Assembly: GCA_036271455.1 (NCBI GenBank)
Contig: DATBAP010000079.1
Span: forward strand, 4,164 to 68,163
Direction: 5' to 3'
From: Rhizomicrobium sp.
GTDB lineage: Bacteria > Pseudomonadota > Alphaproteobacteria > Micropepsales > Micropepsaceae
DNA length: 64,000 nt
Below, piece after piece: positions 1-9,165 of this stretch. Numbering within the stretch: position 1 is the stretch's first letter; each line of letters begins with the position of its first letter. The notes beneath the pieces are model-generated. The model saw only the letters and a program-made list of their open reading frames with translations. It was not told the DNA's origin and made no database searches. Made by a program: the position numbers and the translations under genes.

Positions 1-731
1 CAAGTGGGATCGGCCAGGAAACGCGGCAGCCCGATGCCCCAGAAATTCCGTTGTTTGAGCAGCTTTCCGATCGAAGGCTTGATGCTGTCGTCCTGCAGCT
101 CCGGTTCCTGGCCGCGCTCGATATAGGCACGCTCTTCCGCGCTGAGCGAGGGATGGCGGGCAACCGGATGATAGAAAACCAGCCAGAGCACCACCCAGAT
201 CAGGCTGATGATCCCGACCAGGACAAAGGCGGCCTGCCAGTCGTAATGAAGAATCGCCCACACTATCAAGGGCGGGGCCAGCATCTGGCCGATGGAGGGG
301 CCGATATTGAACAATCCGCCCGCCAAGCCGCGTTCGCGGGCTGGAAACCATTCCGACACGACTTTGAGTCCGCCCGGTGAAAACGCGCCTTCCGCGAAAC
401 CCAGGCCTGCGCGCAATCCCGCCAGGACCTGCCAGCTCGTGGCAAAGCCATGCGCCATGGAGATCAGCGACCAGGCCAGCGCGAAGATGGCGAAGCCGGT
501 CTTCACCCCCAGAAGGTCGATGACATAGCCGACCACTGGCTGCAGCATAATGGCGCCCTGGAACGCGGCGGTGATCCAAGAATATTGCACGGTGGAAATA
601 TGCAGGCTGGTCATCACCACCGGCGCCGCCACCGCCAAGGTGGCGCGGGAGAGGAAATTCACCATCGCGCCCAGCATGATCAGGCCGATGGTGAGCCAGC
701 GAATGCCGAAAAGAGCTTTGCGCGCGCTTAT
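1..731 (-). CDS. MFS transporter, ExuT/hexuronate (ACS) family; runs off window start
   Basis: Not in ORF track. Manual translation gives ISARKALFGIRWLTIGLIMLGAMVNFLSRATLAVAAP...YSWITAAFQ...GYVIDLLGVKTGFAIFALAWS, a typical ExuT-like N-terminus. SD GGGGGAG lies 5 nt before ATA at 731; first in-frame ATG is at 677. Confidence 0.8.
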   Translation of the reverse strand, partial: MSARKALFGIRWLTIGLIMLGAMVNFLSRATLAVAAPVVMTSLHISTVQYSWITAAFQGAIMLQPVVGYVIDLLGVKTGFAIFALAWSLISMAHGFATSWQVLAGLRAGLGFAEGAFSPGGLKVVSEWFPARERGLAGGLFNIGPSIGQMLAPPLIVWAILHYDWQAAFVLVGIISLIWVVLWLVFYHPVARHPSLSAEERAYIERGQEPELQDDSIKPSIGKLLKQRNFWGIGLPRFLADPT

Positions 732-764
732 GGTCGCTCCCCCGTTGAGCCGCCGGACTTGAAA

Positions 765-778
765 TGGTAACGGTAACG
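765..778. promoter_or_regulatory. Degenerate LacI/XylR-type operator between divergent MFS and GH10 genes
   Basis: TGGTAACGGTAACG resembles the GGTAGCGCTACC palindrome at 4125-4136 (central CG, GGTA arm). Confidence 0.5.
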
Positions 779-829
779 GAAATAGGCGAAAACACAAAAA
801 TACGCCTTACGGACGGGTTGGAGACGGGA

Positions 830-1954
830 ATGGTTGGCATTTCGCGCCGCGAATGGCTGGGTTTGGCGTCCGCTGCCGCGATAGTGAGTGGGGCCAAGGC
901 CGCTCCGTCGCCTCAATCTCTGGATGGCTTGGCCAAGGCCAAAGGCTTCGCCGGGTTCGGCAGCTGCATCGGCGGCTCGGGCAGCCGCGCGGCCAGCTCC
1001 TTCAACGATGACGGCGTGCGCGAGATTCACATGCGGGATTGCGGCATTGCCGTCCCGGAAAATGAATTGAAATGGATCGCGCTTCGGCCCGATCCCAAGG
1101 AATTCACGTTCTATCGCGCCGACCGGATCATCGACTGGGCGGGCCAGAACGGCATGAAGGTGCGCGGCCACACGCTGTTGTGGAACAGGCCGGAATATAT
1201 GCCGGAATGGCTCTTGAATTATGATTTCGGCCCTCGCCCCGCGACCGAGGCCGAACGCCTGTTGCGCGAGCACATCACCACCGTCTGCCGGCGTTATGGC
1301 ACCCGCATTTTCACTTATGATGTCGTCAACGAAACCATCGATCCCGAAACCGGCGGCATGCGCGACAGCGTTTTCACCCGCACCCTGGGCGATACGGCGA
1401 TTGATATCGCCTTCGATGCCGCGCGCCAGGCCGCGCCCGAGGCGCGCCTGGTTTATAACGATTACATGGACTGGAGCGCCGGCAGCGCCAAGCATCGCGC
1501 CGGTGTGTTGCGCCTGCTGGAACGGCTCAAGGCCAACAAGGTGCCGGTGCAGGTGCTGGGGCTGCAAAGCCATCTCGCGCCGGGCAAAAGCAATTTTGAC
1601 GCCGCCGACCAGGCCGAGTGGCGGCGTTTCATGGATACTGCTGTGGCGATGGGACTCAATCTCGCCGTCACCGAGTTCGATGTCGAGGATCAGGCCATGG
1701 CCGCCGATATCGCCACCCGCGACGCCCAGGTGGCCGATCTGGCGCGGCGTTATCTGGATGTCGCGCTGTCCTATCGGCAACTCAATTATGTGATGGCCTG
1801 GGGCATGATGGATCATTATTCCTGGCTGCAAGGGCGGCTCTTGCGCGCCGATGGGCGGCTGAAGCGCGGCTCGCCCTATGATGATAATTACCAGCCCAAG
1901 CGGCTGCGGACGGCCATTGCCGATGCGTTCAGTGCTGCACCGATGCGAGGTTGA
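830..1954 (+). CDS. Endo-1,4-beta-xylanase, GH10, Tat-exported
   Basis: SRREWLG Tat motif; ENELKW, RGHTLLW, YDVVNE (acid/base), YNDY, GLQSH, VTEFDV (nucleophile). Start set at ATG 830. Confidence 0.92.
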   Translation: MVGISRREWLGLASAAAIVSGAKAAPSPQSLDGLAKAKGFAGFGSCIGGSGSRAASSFNDDGVREIHMRDCGIAVPENELKWIALRPDPKEFTFYRADRIIDWAGQNGMKVRGHTLLWNRPEYMPEWLLNYDFGPRPATEAERLLREHITTVCRRYGTRIFTYDVVNETIDPETGGMRDSVFTRTLGDTAIDIAFDAARQAAPEARLVYNDYMDWSAGSAKHRAGVLRLLERLKANKVPVQVLGLQSHLAPGKSNFDAADQAEWRRFMDTAVAMGLNLAVTEFDVEDQAMAADIATRDAQVADLARRYLDVALSYRQLNYVMAWGMMDHYSWLQGRLLRADGRLKRGSPYDDNYQPKRLRTAIADAFSAAPMRG

Positions 1955-1956
1955 CG

Positions 1957-4095
1957 ATGTTAAAGCGATTTGCCGCTGCCTTGGGATTGCTGCTGGCGAT
2001 GGCCATGCCGCTTCACGCTGAAACAGGCTATGAGCTTTGGCTGCGCTATCGTCCCATCGAGCCCCAATATAAAAGCCAATATGCCGTGACCGCATTGGTC
2101 GCGGGACAATCATCTCCCACCATGGATGCAGCATTACGCGAATTGCGCCGCGGTCTGTCCGGCATGCTGGGGGCTGTGCCCGCGCCGGAAAACACTGTCT
2201 CCGCGGATGGTGCGCTGCTGGTGGGCACGCCGCAATCGTCCTCGGTGATTGCCGGGCTGGGCTTGCCGCTGCAGCAATTGGGCGGGGAAGGTTATCTGAT
2301 CCGCAGTGTCACCATATCGGGCCACAAGGCCATCGCGATCGCGGCCAATTCAGACGCGGGGGTGCTTTACGGCGCCTTCGCGTTCCTGCGCCTGATCCAG
2401 ACCCGCCAGCCGATTACGGCGTTGAATGTGATCTCCGTGCCCAAGACCAAGACCCGCATCATCGATCATTGGGATAACGCCAATGGCACGATCGAGCGCG
2501 GCTATGCCGGCCAATCGATCTGGAATTGGCGATCGCTGCCGGAATATCTCCCGCCGCGCCTCACCGATTATGCCCGCGCCGATGCTTCGATCGGCATCAA
2601 CAGCGCGGTACTCAACAATGTGAGCGCCGAAGCGGTGTTTCTCACCGAGCCTTATATCGAGAAGGAAGCCGCGATCGCTTCGCTGCTCAGGACGTATGGC
2701 ATACGCACCTATCTCTCCGTGCGCTGGAGCGCGCCCATCGAGATCGGCCATCTCAAGACCGCCGATCCGCTCGATCCCGCGGTGAAAGCCTGGTGGAAGA
2801 CCGAAGTCGATACCATCTATCGCGCCATTCCCGATTTCGGCGGCTTTGTGGTCAAGGCCAATTCGGAAGGCCAGCCCGGGCCGGGCGACTATCATCGCAC
2901 CCATGCCGACGGCGCCAATATGATCGCTGATGTGCTGGCGCCGCATCACGGCATGATTTTCTGGCGCGCCTTCGTCTATTCCGACGACCGCAAATCCGAT
3001 CGCGCCGGCCAGGCCTACAAGGAGTTCGTGCCACTGGACGGCAAATTCCGCGACAATGTGGTGATTCAGGTGAAGAACGGGCCGTTGGATTTCCAGCCGC
3101 GCGAGCCTTTCTCGCCGCTGTTCGGGGCGATGCCCAAGACCTCGGTGATGCTGGAAGTGCAGATGACCAAGGAATATCTGGGCCAGCAAACCCATCTCGT
3201 CTATATGGGCCCGCTGTTCGAGGAAGCATTGAAGTCGGACACCTATGAACATGGTCCGGGCTCGACCATCGCCCGCGTCACCGATGGCAGCCTCGATCAT
3301 CATGCTTTCTCGGGGCTGGCAGGCGTCGCCAATGTGGGCAATGACCAGGATTGGTCCGGCTCGATCTTCAATCAGGCCAATTGGTATGTGTTCGGGCGGA
3401 TGGCCTGGGACGTGGACATTTCGGCCCGTGACGTGGCTGCGGAGTGGGCGAAGCAGACCTTCGTCAACAATCTAGCCTTCGTAAATCCGGTCGTGAACAT
3501 GATGATGGGATCGCGTGAAGCGGCGGTGAATTACATGACGCCGCTGGGGCTAGTGCTGATCATGTCGCATGACGATCATTTCGGCCCGGCCCCTTGGGAC
3601 GAAAAAGGCGACCGGGCGGACTGGAAGGCGCCCTACTATCACCACGCCGGCACCGACGGCATCGGCTTCGACCGCACCACCACCGGCAGCAACACGGCCG
3701 CGCAATATAATCCGCCGCTGCGGGAAGAGTTCGAAGATGCGACGAAAACGCCGGACCAGTATCTGCTTTTCTTCCATCATGTGCCGTGGGACTTCAAAAC
3801 CCAGTCGGGGCGCAGCCTGTGGGATGAGTTGGTGGCACGCTATCGCCTGGGTGTGGACCAAGTGGCCGACATGCAGAAGACATGGAGCGGTCTTGGCGCT
3901 TATGTGGACAAGGAACGCTTCGACCAGGTGAGCGCATTCCTCGCCATTCAGCATCGTGAAGCGATCTGGTGGCGCGACGCCTGCCTGGCGTATTTCCAGC
4001 AATATTCCAAACGGCCTTTCCCGTCCGGCTATGCGCCCAAATATTCCCTCAGCTATTATGAGGCGATGCCGCCTAACGCTTCGCCCGACCCTTGA
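1957..4095 (+). CDS. aguA: Alpha-glucuronidase, GH67, with signal peptide
   Basis: ETGYELWLRY, HWDN..ERGYAG, ASIGIN..LNNV, KANSEGQPGP, KNGPLDFQPREP, KEYLGQ motifs. Confidence 0.93.
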   Translation: MLKRFAAALGLLLAMAMPLHAETGYELWLRYRPIEPQYKSQYAVTALVAGQSSPTMDAALRELRRGLSGMLGAVPAPENTVSADGALLVGTPQSSSVIAGLGLPLQQLGGEGYLIRSVTISGHKAIAIAANSDAGVLYGAFAFLRLIQTRQPITALNVISVPKTKTRIIDHWDNANGTIERGYAGQSIWNWRSLPEYLPPRLTDYARADASIGINSAVLNNVSAEAVFLTEPYIEKEAAIASLLRTYGIRTYLSVRWSAPIEIGHLKTADPLDPAVKAWWKTEVDTIYRAIPDFGGFVVKANSEGQPGPGDYHRTHADGANMIADVLAPHHGMIFWRAFVYSDDRKSDRAGQAYKEFVPLDGKFRDNVVIQVKNGPLDFQPREPFSPLFGAMPKTSVMLEVQMTKEYLGQQTHLVYMGPLFEEALKSDTYEHGPGSTIARVTDGSLDHHAFSGLAGVANVGNDQDWSGSIFNQANWYVFGRMAWDVDISARDVAAEWAKQTFVNNLAFVNPVVNMMMGSREAAVNYMTPLGLVLIMSHDDHFGPAPWDEKGDRADWKAPYYHHAGTDGIGFDRTTTGSNTAAQYNPPLREEFEDATKTPDQYLLFFHHVPWDFKTQSGRSLWDELVARYRLGVDQVADMQKTWSGLGAYVDKERFDQVSAFLAIQHREAIWWRDACLAYFQQYSKRPFPSGYAPKYSLSYYEAMPPNASPDP

Positions 4096-4124
4096 GCCTT
4101 GCCGGTCATGGGTCTTTCACATAC

Positions 4125-4136
4125 GGTAGCGCTACC
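4125..4136. promoter_or_regulatory. LacI/XylR-type operator upstream of xylX
   Basis: Perfect 12-bp palindrome GGTAGCGCTACC about 20 bp before the xylX start; similar to the Caulobacter XylR operator core (TAGCGCTACC). Confidence 0.8.
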
Positions 4137-4155
4137 ATAATGAACATGGTGGGAG

Positions 4156-5292
4156 ATGCTGGAATTTCTGCCAAAGGATTGGCGTGACGCGCATTTGGTG
4201 GGGCGCATGGATTTCGGCCAGGGCCCCACGCCCGTCGCGCTGAAGGACGGGCTGGTCTTCGACCTGTCGGCGCTGGCGCCCACCGTGGCGCAGCTTCTGG
4301 ACAAGCATGCCAGCCGCTTTGAAGGCACAGTGATCTGCCCGGTCGAGGAACTGGACGTTCAGCCTTCCTGGTCCGGCAAACGCGGTCGCGACCGTCTGCT
4401 CGCACCCATTGATCTGCAATGCGTCAAGGCTGCCGGCGTGACCTTTGCGACTTCGACCATGGAACGCGTGATCGAGGAACGGGCGCGGGGCGACGCCAAC
4501 AAAGCGCAGGAAATTCGCCACGCCCTGGAGAGCCGGGTGGGAAACAACCTCCGCGCCTGCCGTCCCGGATCGCTGGACGCCGCGCGGCTCAAGGACATTC
4601 TCATCGCCGACGGCCTATGGTCGCAATATCTGGAGGTGGCGATCGGCCCCGACGCGGAAATTTTCACCAAGGCGCCACCACTCTCATCCGTGGGTGCGGG
4701 CGCGGAGATCGGCATCCGTTCTGATTCCAGCTGGAATAATCCCGAACCCGAGATCGTGCTGGTGGTGAACCGGCGAGGCGACGCGGTTGGCGCCAGCCTG
4801 GGCAACGACGTCAATCTGCGCGATTTCGAAGGCCGCAGCGCCTTGCTGCTGGGCAAAGCCAAGGACAACAACGCTTCCTGCAGCATCGGGCCATTTATCC
4901 GGCTGTTCGATGCGGATTTCACCATGGATCAGGTGCGCAGCGCCGTGGTGGAGCTTACCATTGAAGGCGAGGACAATTACCGCCTGGAAGGCAAAAGCTC
5001 GATGGCCGAGATCAGCCGCGATCCTCTGGACCTGGTGCATCAGGCGCTCGGCCAGCATCATTATCCCGACGGGTTCGTGCTGTTCCTGGGCACCATGTTC
5101 GCGCCGATCCAGGACCGCGATACGCCGGGCCTGGGCTTCACCCACAAGACGGGTGATCTGGTGCGGGTGTCCACACCATCGCTGGGCGTGCTGGAAAACA
5201 AGGTCACCACTTGCAGACAGGCGCCGCCTTGGGATTTCGGCATTGCCGATCTCATGACCAATTTGGCCCGGCGTGGGCTTCTCAATTCTTGA
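4156..5292 (+). CDS. xylX: 2-keto-3-deoxy-D-xylonate dehydratase (FAH family), Weimberg pathway
   Basis: N-terminus EFLPKDWRDAHLVGRMDFGQGPTPV is like Caulobacter XylX; WNNPEPE, GNDVNLRDFEGRSALLLGKAKDNN. Confidence 0.88.
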   Translation: MLEFLPKDWRDAHLVGRMDFGQGPTPVALKDGLVFDLSALAPTVAQLLDKHASRFEGTVICPVEELDVQPSWSGKRGRDRLLAPIDLQCVKAAGVTFATSTMERVIEERARGDANKAQEIRHALESRVGNNLRACRPGSLDAARLKDILIADGLWSQYLEVAIGPDAEIFTKAPPLSSVGAGAEIGIRSDSSWNNPEPEIVLVVNRRGDAVGASLGNDVNLRDFEGRSALLLGKAKDNNASCSIGPFIRLFDADFTMDQVRSAVVELTIEGEDNYRLEGKSSMAEISRDPLDLVHQALGQHHYPDGFVLFLGTMFAPIQDRDTPGLGFTHKTGDLVRVSTPSLGVLENKVTTCRQAPPWDFGIADLMTNLARRGLLNS

Positions 5293-5305
5293 TGGATAAT
5301 TTGCC

Positions 5306-6739
5306 ATGACTGAAACGCTCTCTCATCTGATCGGCGGCAAGCACAGCGGCGCGGCCAAGCTGAACAGTCTCAATCCCTCCAACACCGAGGACATCGTGGC
5401 GCGCTATCCCGATGGCGGCGCCGAGGAAGTGAACGACGCCGTGGCGGCGGCGAGAACGGCCTTTCCGGGCTGGTCGAACGGCTCGCCCGAAGTGCGCGCC
5501 GACCTGCTGGACAAGGTGGGCACCATGATCCTGGAGCGGCGCGAGAGTTTGGGCCGGCTTCTGGCGCGGGAAGAAGGCAAGACCTTGCCGGAAGCGATTG
5601 GCGAGAGCGCACGCGCCGGCCGCATCTTCAAATATTTCTCGGGCGAAGCGCTGCGCCGTCACGGCTACAATATGGAATCCACCCGTCCCGGCGTGGAAGT
5701 GGAAACCTATCGCGAGGCGGTGGGCGTTTACGGCCTGATCGCGCCCTGGAATTTTCCCATCGCGATTCCTGCCTGGAAAACCGCCCCGGCGCTGGCCTTC
5801 GGCAATACCGTGGTGCTGAAATCCGCCAGCCAGACGCCCGCGACGGCAGCAGCATTGGCCGCGATCATAGAAGAAGCGGGCGCGCCGCCGGGTGTTTTCA
5901 ATCTCGTGCTGGGCGGCCCCAAGGTGGGCGACGCGCTGGTCAAGCATCCCGATGTCAACGCGATTTCTTTCACCGGCAGCCAGGGCGTGGGCGCCAAGGT
6001 GGCGTTGGCTGCAGTGACGCGCCAGGCCCGCGTACAACTGGAAATGGGCGGCAAGAATCCGCTGCTGGTGCTGGACGATGCGGAATTCGACCGCGCGGTG
6101 CAGATCGCGCTGGATGGTGGCTATTTCTCCACCGGCCAGCGTTGCACCGCGTCCAGCCGGGTGATCGTCACCGAAGGCATTCACGATCGCTTCATCGAAG
6201 CGCTGGCGGCCCGCGCCAAGGCGCTCAAGGTGGGCGATGCACTGGATCCCGCGTCGCAAGTCGGTCCCGCGGTGAGCGAGGATCAGCTGGAGAAGAATCT
6301 GTCCTATGTGAAGATCGCTGTGGACGAGGGCGGTCGGTTGATGGCCGGTGGTGATCGGCTGAAGCTGGGCAAGAATGGCTATTACATGAGCCCGGCGCTG
6401 ATCACCTCGACCAAATCGGATTCGCGCATCAACAATGAAGAAGTGTTCGGCCCCGTGGTGAGCGTGGTGAAGGTGAAGAATTACGAGGAAGGTCTGGCGC
6501 TGGCGAATGCTGGCAATTTCGGCCTCTCTGCCGGCATCGTCACCACCTCGCTCAAATATGCGCGGCATTTCCAGCGCCATGTCCGCGCCGGGATGGTGAT
6601 GGTCAATCTGCCCACCGCTGGCGTGGATTATCACGTGCCGTTTGGCGGCTCGCGCTCGTCCAGCTATGGCGCGCGGGAGCAGGGTTTCGCCGCGGTGGAA
6701 TTCTATACCCAGATCAAGACCGCTTATTGCCTGCCGTAA
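5306..6739 (+). CDS. xylA: Alpha-ketoglutaric semialdehyde dehydrogenase (Weimberg XylA-type ALDH)
   Basis: PWNFP, FTGS, LEMGGKN, GQRCT, EEVFGP; directly follows xylX as in Caulobacter. Confidence 0.85.
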   Translation: MTETLSHLIGGKHSGAAKLNSLNPSNTEDIVARYPDGGAEEVNDAVAAARTAFPGWSNGSPEVRADLLDKVGTMILERRESLGRLLAREEGKTLPEAIGESARAGRIFKYFSGEALRRHGYNMESTRPGVEVETYREAVGVYGLIAPWNFPIAIPAWKTAPALAFGNTVVLKSASQTPATAAALAAIIEEAGAPPGVFNLVLGGPKVGDALVKHPDVNAISFTGSQGVGAKVALAAVTRQARVQLEMGGKNPLLVLDDAEFDRAVQIALDGGYFSTGQRCTASSRVIVTEGIHDRFIEALAARAKALKVGDALDPASQVGPAVSEDQLEKNLSYVKIAVDEGGRLMAGGDRLKLGKNGYYMSPALITSTKSDSRINNEEVFGPVVSVVKVKNYEEGLALANAGNFGLSAGIVTTSLKYARHFQRHVRAGMVMVNLPTAGVDYHVPFGGSRSSSYGAREQGFAAVEFYTQIKTAYCLP

Positions 6740-6750
6740 TCGGGGGGACG

Positions 6751-7980
6751 ATGAAAATCATTCCGGCCGCCACTTTGGCCATCTTGCTGTGGCTGGTTCC
6801 GCTTGCCGCCACCGCGGCCGAGCCAATGTGGATCGGAAGCTGGGCTTCGTCGCAACAACTTCCCGAACCAGCCAATGCCTTGCCGCCCGCGGCGCTGGAA
6901 GACGCCACCTTGCGCCAGATCGTGCATCTGTCCCTGGGCGGGCAGGCCCTGCGCGTGCGGCTGTCCAATGCTTTCGGCACCGAACCGCTGCATGTCACCA
7001 GCGTGCATATCGCAAAACCAATGTCTCCGGCTTCGCCCGCATTGCGGGCCGGTACGGATATGATGGTGACGTTTGCGGGCGCGTCCGATATCACCATTCC
7101 AGCCGGCGCGGATTACATCTCCGATCCGGTCGCCTTCGACGCGCCGGCGGGATCGGACTTGGCAGTTTCCATGCATTTCGATCATGCCCCCGCCCAACAG
7201 ACTTCACATCCCGGCTCGCGCTCCACTTCTTATCTGGTGCATGGCGATCAGGTCTCCGCACCCGATCTGCCCGGCGCGCAGACATTTGATCACTGGTTCA
7301 ATCTCAGCGGCGTGGAAATCCCGGTGACGCGCCCGAATGAATCCGTTGTCGTGACCCTGGGCGACTCCATCACCGACGGCCATGGCGCCACCAACAATGG
7401 CAATGACCGCTGGCCCGACGATCTGGCGCGGCGGCTGATGGAAGCGGGGTTCCCACGCAGCGTGCTCAATCGCGGCATTGGCGGGGGACGCATCCTGCTC
7501 GACGGGTTGGGGCCTAATGCATTGGCGCGGTTCGACCGCGATGTGTTGGCCGAGCCTGGTGTGTGCACTCTGGTCATTCTGGAAGGGATCAACGACATCG
7601 GCACCTTCGACCGCGCGGGCACCTTGCCGCCCGCTTCCCATGCCCATCTGGTCGCAGACCTCACCGCCGCCTATGCACAAATGGTGATGCGTGCCCATTC
7701 GGCGGGGATCAAGGTTTATGGCGCCACCCTCACGCCCTTCGCCGGCAACCCCACTTATAGTCCCCATCCGCTCAGCGAGGCCGACCGTGTGGCGATCAAT
7801 GACTGGATCCGCGCCCCAGGCCATTTCGATGCCGTGATCGATTTCGATAAGGTGATCCACGATCCGGCGTCGCCGAATCATATGACCCCGGCGTTTGATT
7901 CCGGCGATCATCTCCACCCGTCGCCGGCCGGGTATCACGCTATGGCGGATGCGATTCCCTTGGACCTGTTCGCGCCCTGA
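6751..7980 (+). CDS. Secreted SGNH/GDSL hydrolase (candidate carbohydrate esterase)
   Basis: Signal peptide; GDSITDG, NRGIGG, EGIND, DHLHP blocks. Confidence 0.82.
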   Translation: MKIIPAATLAILLWLVPLAATAAEPMWIGSWASSQQLPEPANALPPAALEDATLRQIVHLSLGGQALRVRLSNAFGTEPLHVTSVHIAKPMSPASPALRAGTDMMVTFAGASDITIPAGADYISDPVAFDAPAGSDLAVSMHFDHAPAQQTSHPGSRSTSYLVHGDQVSAPDLPGAQTFDHWFNLSGVEIPVTRPNESVVVTLGDSITDGHGATNNGNDRWPDDLARRLMEAGFPRSVLNRGIGGGRILLDGLGPNALARFDRDVLAEPGVCTLVILEGINDIGTFDRAGTLPPASHAHLVADLTAAYAQMVMRAHSAGIKVYGATLTPFAGNPTYSPHPLSEADRVAINDWIRAPGHFDAVIDFDKVIHDPASPNHMTPAFDSGDHLHPSPAGYHAMADAIPLDLFAP

Positions 7981-7984
7981 CGGG

Positions 7985-9157
7985 TCAGATCAAGGCAAGA
8001 TCGTCGGGCTGCGCCGAGGGAAAGATTGTTCCTAATTGGCTGCCGTTGAGTCCATAGGCTTTCTGCAGCACGCCGCCGATCATGCTGCGATAATCATTCA
8101 AGACCGGCCAGTCGCGGTTCTGGAACAAGGTAGCCTCGGTCACGCCCACTTGCCGTCCGGCGATCTTGCCGCCTTGTATCTTCCCACCCAGCACCCAATA
8201 GACGCTGCCATGGCCATGATCGGTGCCCCGGTCGCCATTCTCGCGGAAGGTGCGGCCGAACTCGCTCACCACGATCACCACGGTATTGTCCCAGTTATCG
8301 CCCAACGTGTCGGCCAGCAGCGCCAGCCCGCGCCCCAATTCACCGATCCGGTTGGCCAGATAGCCGTCAGCGTTGCCTTCATTCACATGGGTGTCCCAGC
8401 CGCCGACATCGACAAAGCCCAGATTGAATTTGTCGCGCATCAGGATGCCGATGCGCTGGGCGGACAGTTCGAAACCTTTGGGACTGACGGCGTTGCGATT
8501 GGCGGCCTGCATCTCGGCGCTGATCGCCTGATAGACTTCGTCCTGCACATGGAAGCCTTGCGCCACAGCCGGCGCCAGTTCCGAGCCCTGATACATGGTC
8601 TGAATCAGTTCGGCATTCTTACCCGCCACCCTCGGCTTGCCGGTGAAATTGAGAGCAATGTTGGGGATCGACGTGGCGCCCCGAAAGCTCAGCGGCAGAT
8701 TGTTGGTGAAGGCGATGGGATCCGATCCCGCAAGCGCGGTGCCGATGCGTGACATGAAGCCGGAGCGATAGTCGCGGCTGCTCCCCACCGGCTGACCCAG
8801 CTCGATCGTGTCCTGGGTCTCGAAATGCGAGCGGGTGAGATCGTCGGTGCCCGCAAACGGCACGAAGGCGATTTGGCCTTTGGCCCATAGTGGATAAAGC
8901 GAATCCTTTAGCGCCGGATGCAGGCCCCAATCATTGGTCAGGGGCAGGGTCTGGGTTTTCTGGATCGCCAATGTGGGACGCGCCGCGTAATAAAAGTCGC
9001 TGGACACCGGCACCACGATATTGGCGGCATCGTAAGCGCCGCGCATGAACACCACCAAAAGGCGCGGCGCACCGGATACCGGCAGCGCGTAAAGCCGCCC
9101 GGCCGTTCCCAGGAACGGGACGGTCAGCGCGGCGGTGAGGAATTGGCGGCGTCTCAT
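7985..9157 (-). CDS. DUF1501 family protein, Tat-exported
   Basis: MRRRQFL Tat signal; RSHFETQD, GGWDTH, SEFGRT, GTDHG motifs; paired with DUF1800. Confidence 0.85.
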   Translation of the reverse strand: MRRRQFLTAALTVPFLGTAGRLYALPVSGAPRLLVVFMRGAYDAANIVVPVSSDFYYAARPTLAIQKTQTLPLTNDWGLHPALKDSLYPLWAKGQIAFVPFAGTDDLTRSHFETQDTIELGQPVGSSRDYRSGFMSRIGTALAGSDPIAFTNNLPLSFRGATSIPNIALNFTGKPRVAGKNAELIQTMYQGSELAPAVAQGFHVQDEVYQAISAEMQAANRNAVSPKGFELSAQRIGILMRDKFNLGFVDVGGWDTHVNEGNADGYLANRIGELGRGLALLADTLGDNWDNTVVIVVSEFGRTFRENGDRGTDHGHGSVYWVLGGKIQGGKIAGRQVGVTEATLFQNRDWPVLNDYRSMIGGVLQKAYGLNGSQLGTIFPSAQPDDLALI

Positions 9158-9165
9158 GAGGACTC

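Noticed and set aside
728-2134. Long antisense or alternate-frame ORFs (e.g. 728-2134, 5282-6634, 20713-22632, 33809-35653, 35644-37044, 43529-44857)
   Set aside because: Shadow ORFs opposite well-supported genes, expected in high-GC DNA.
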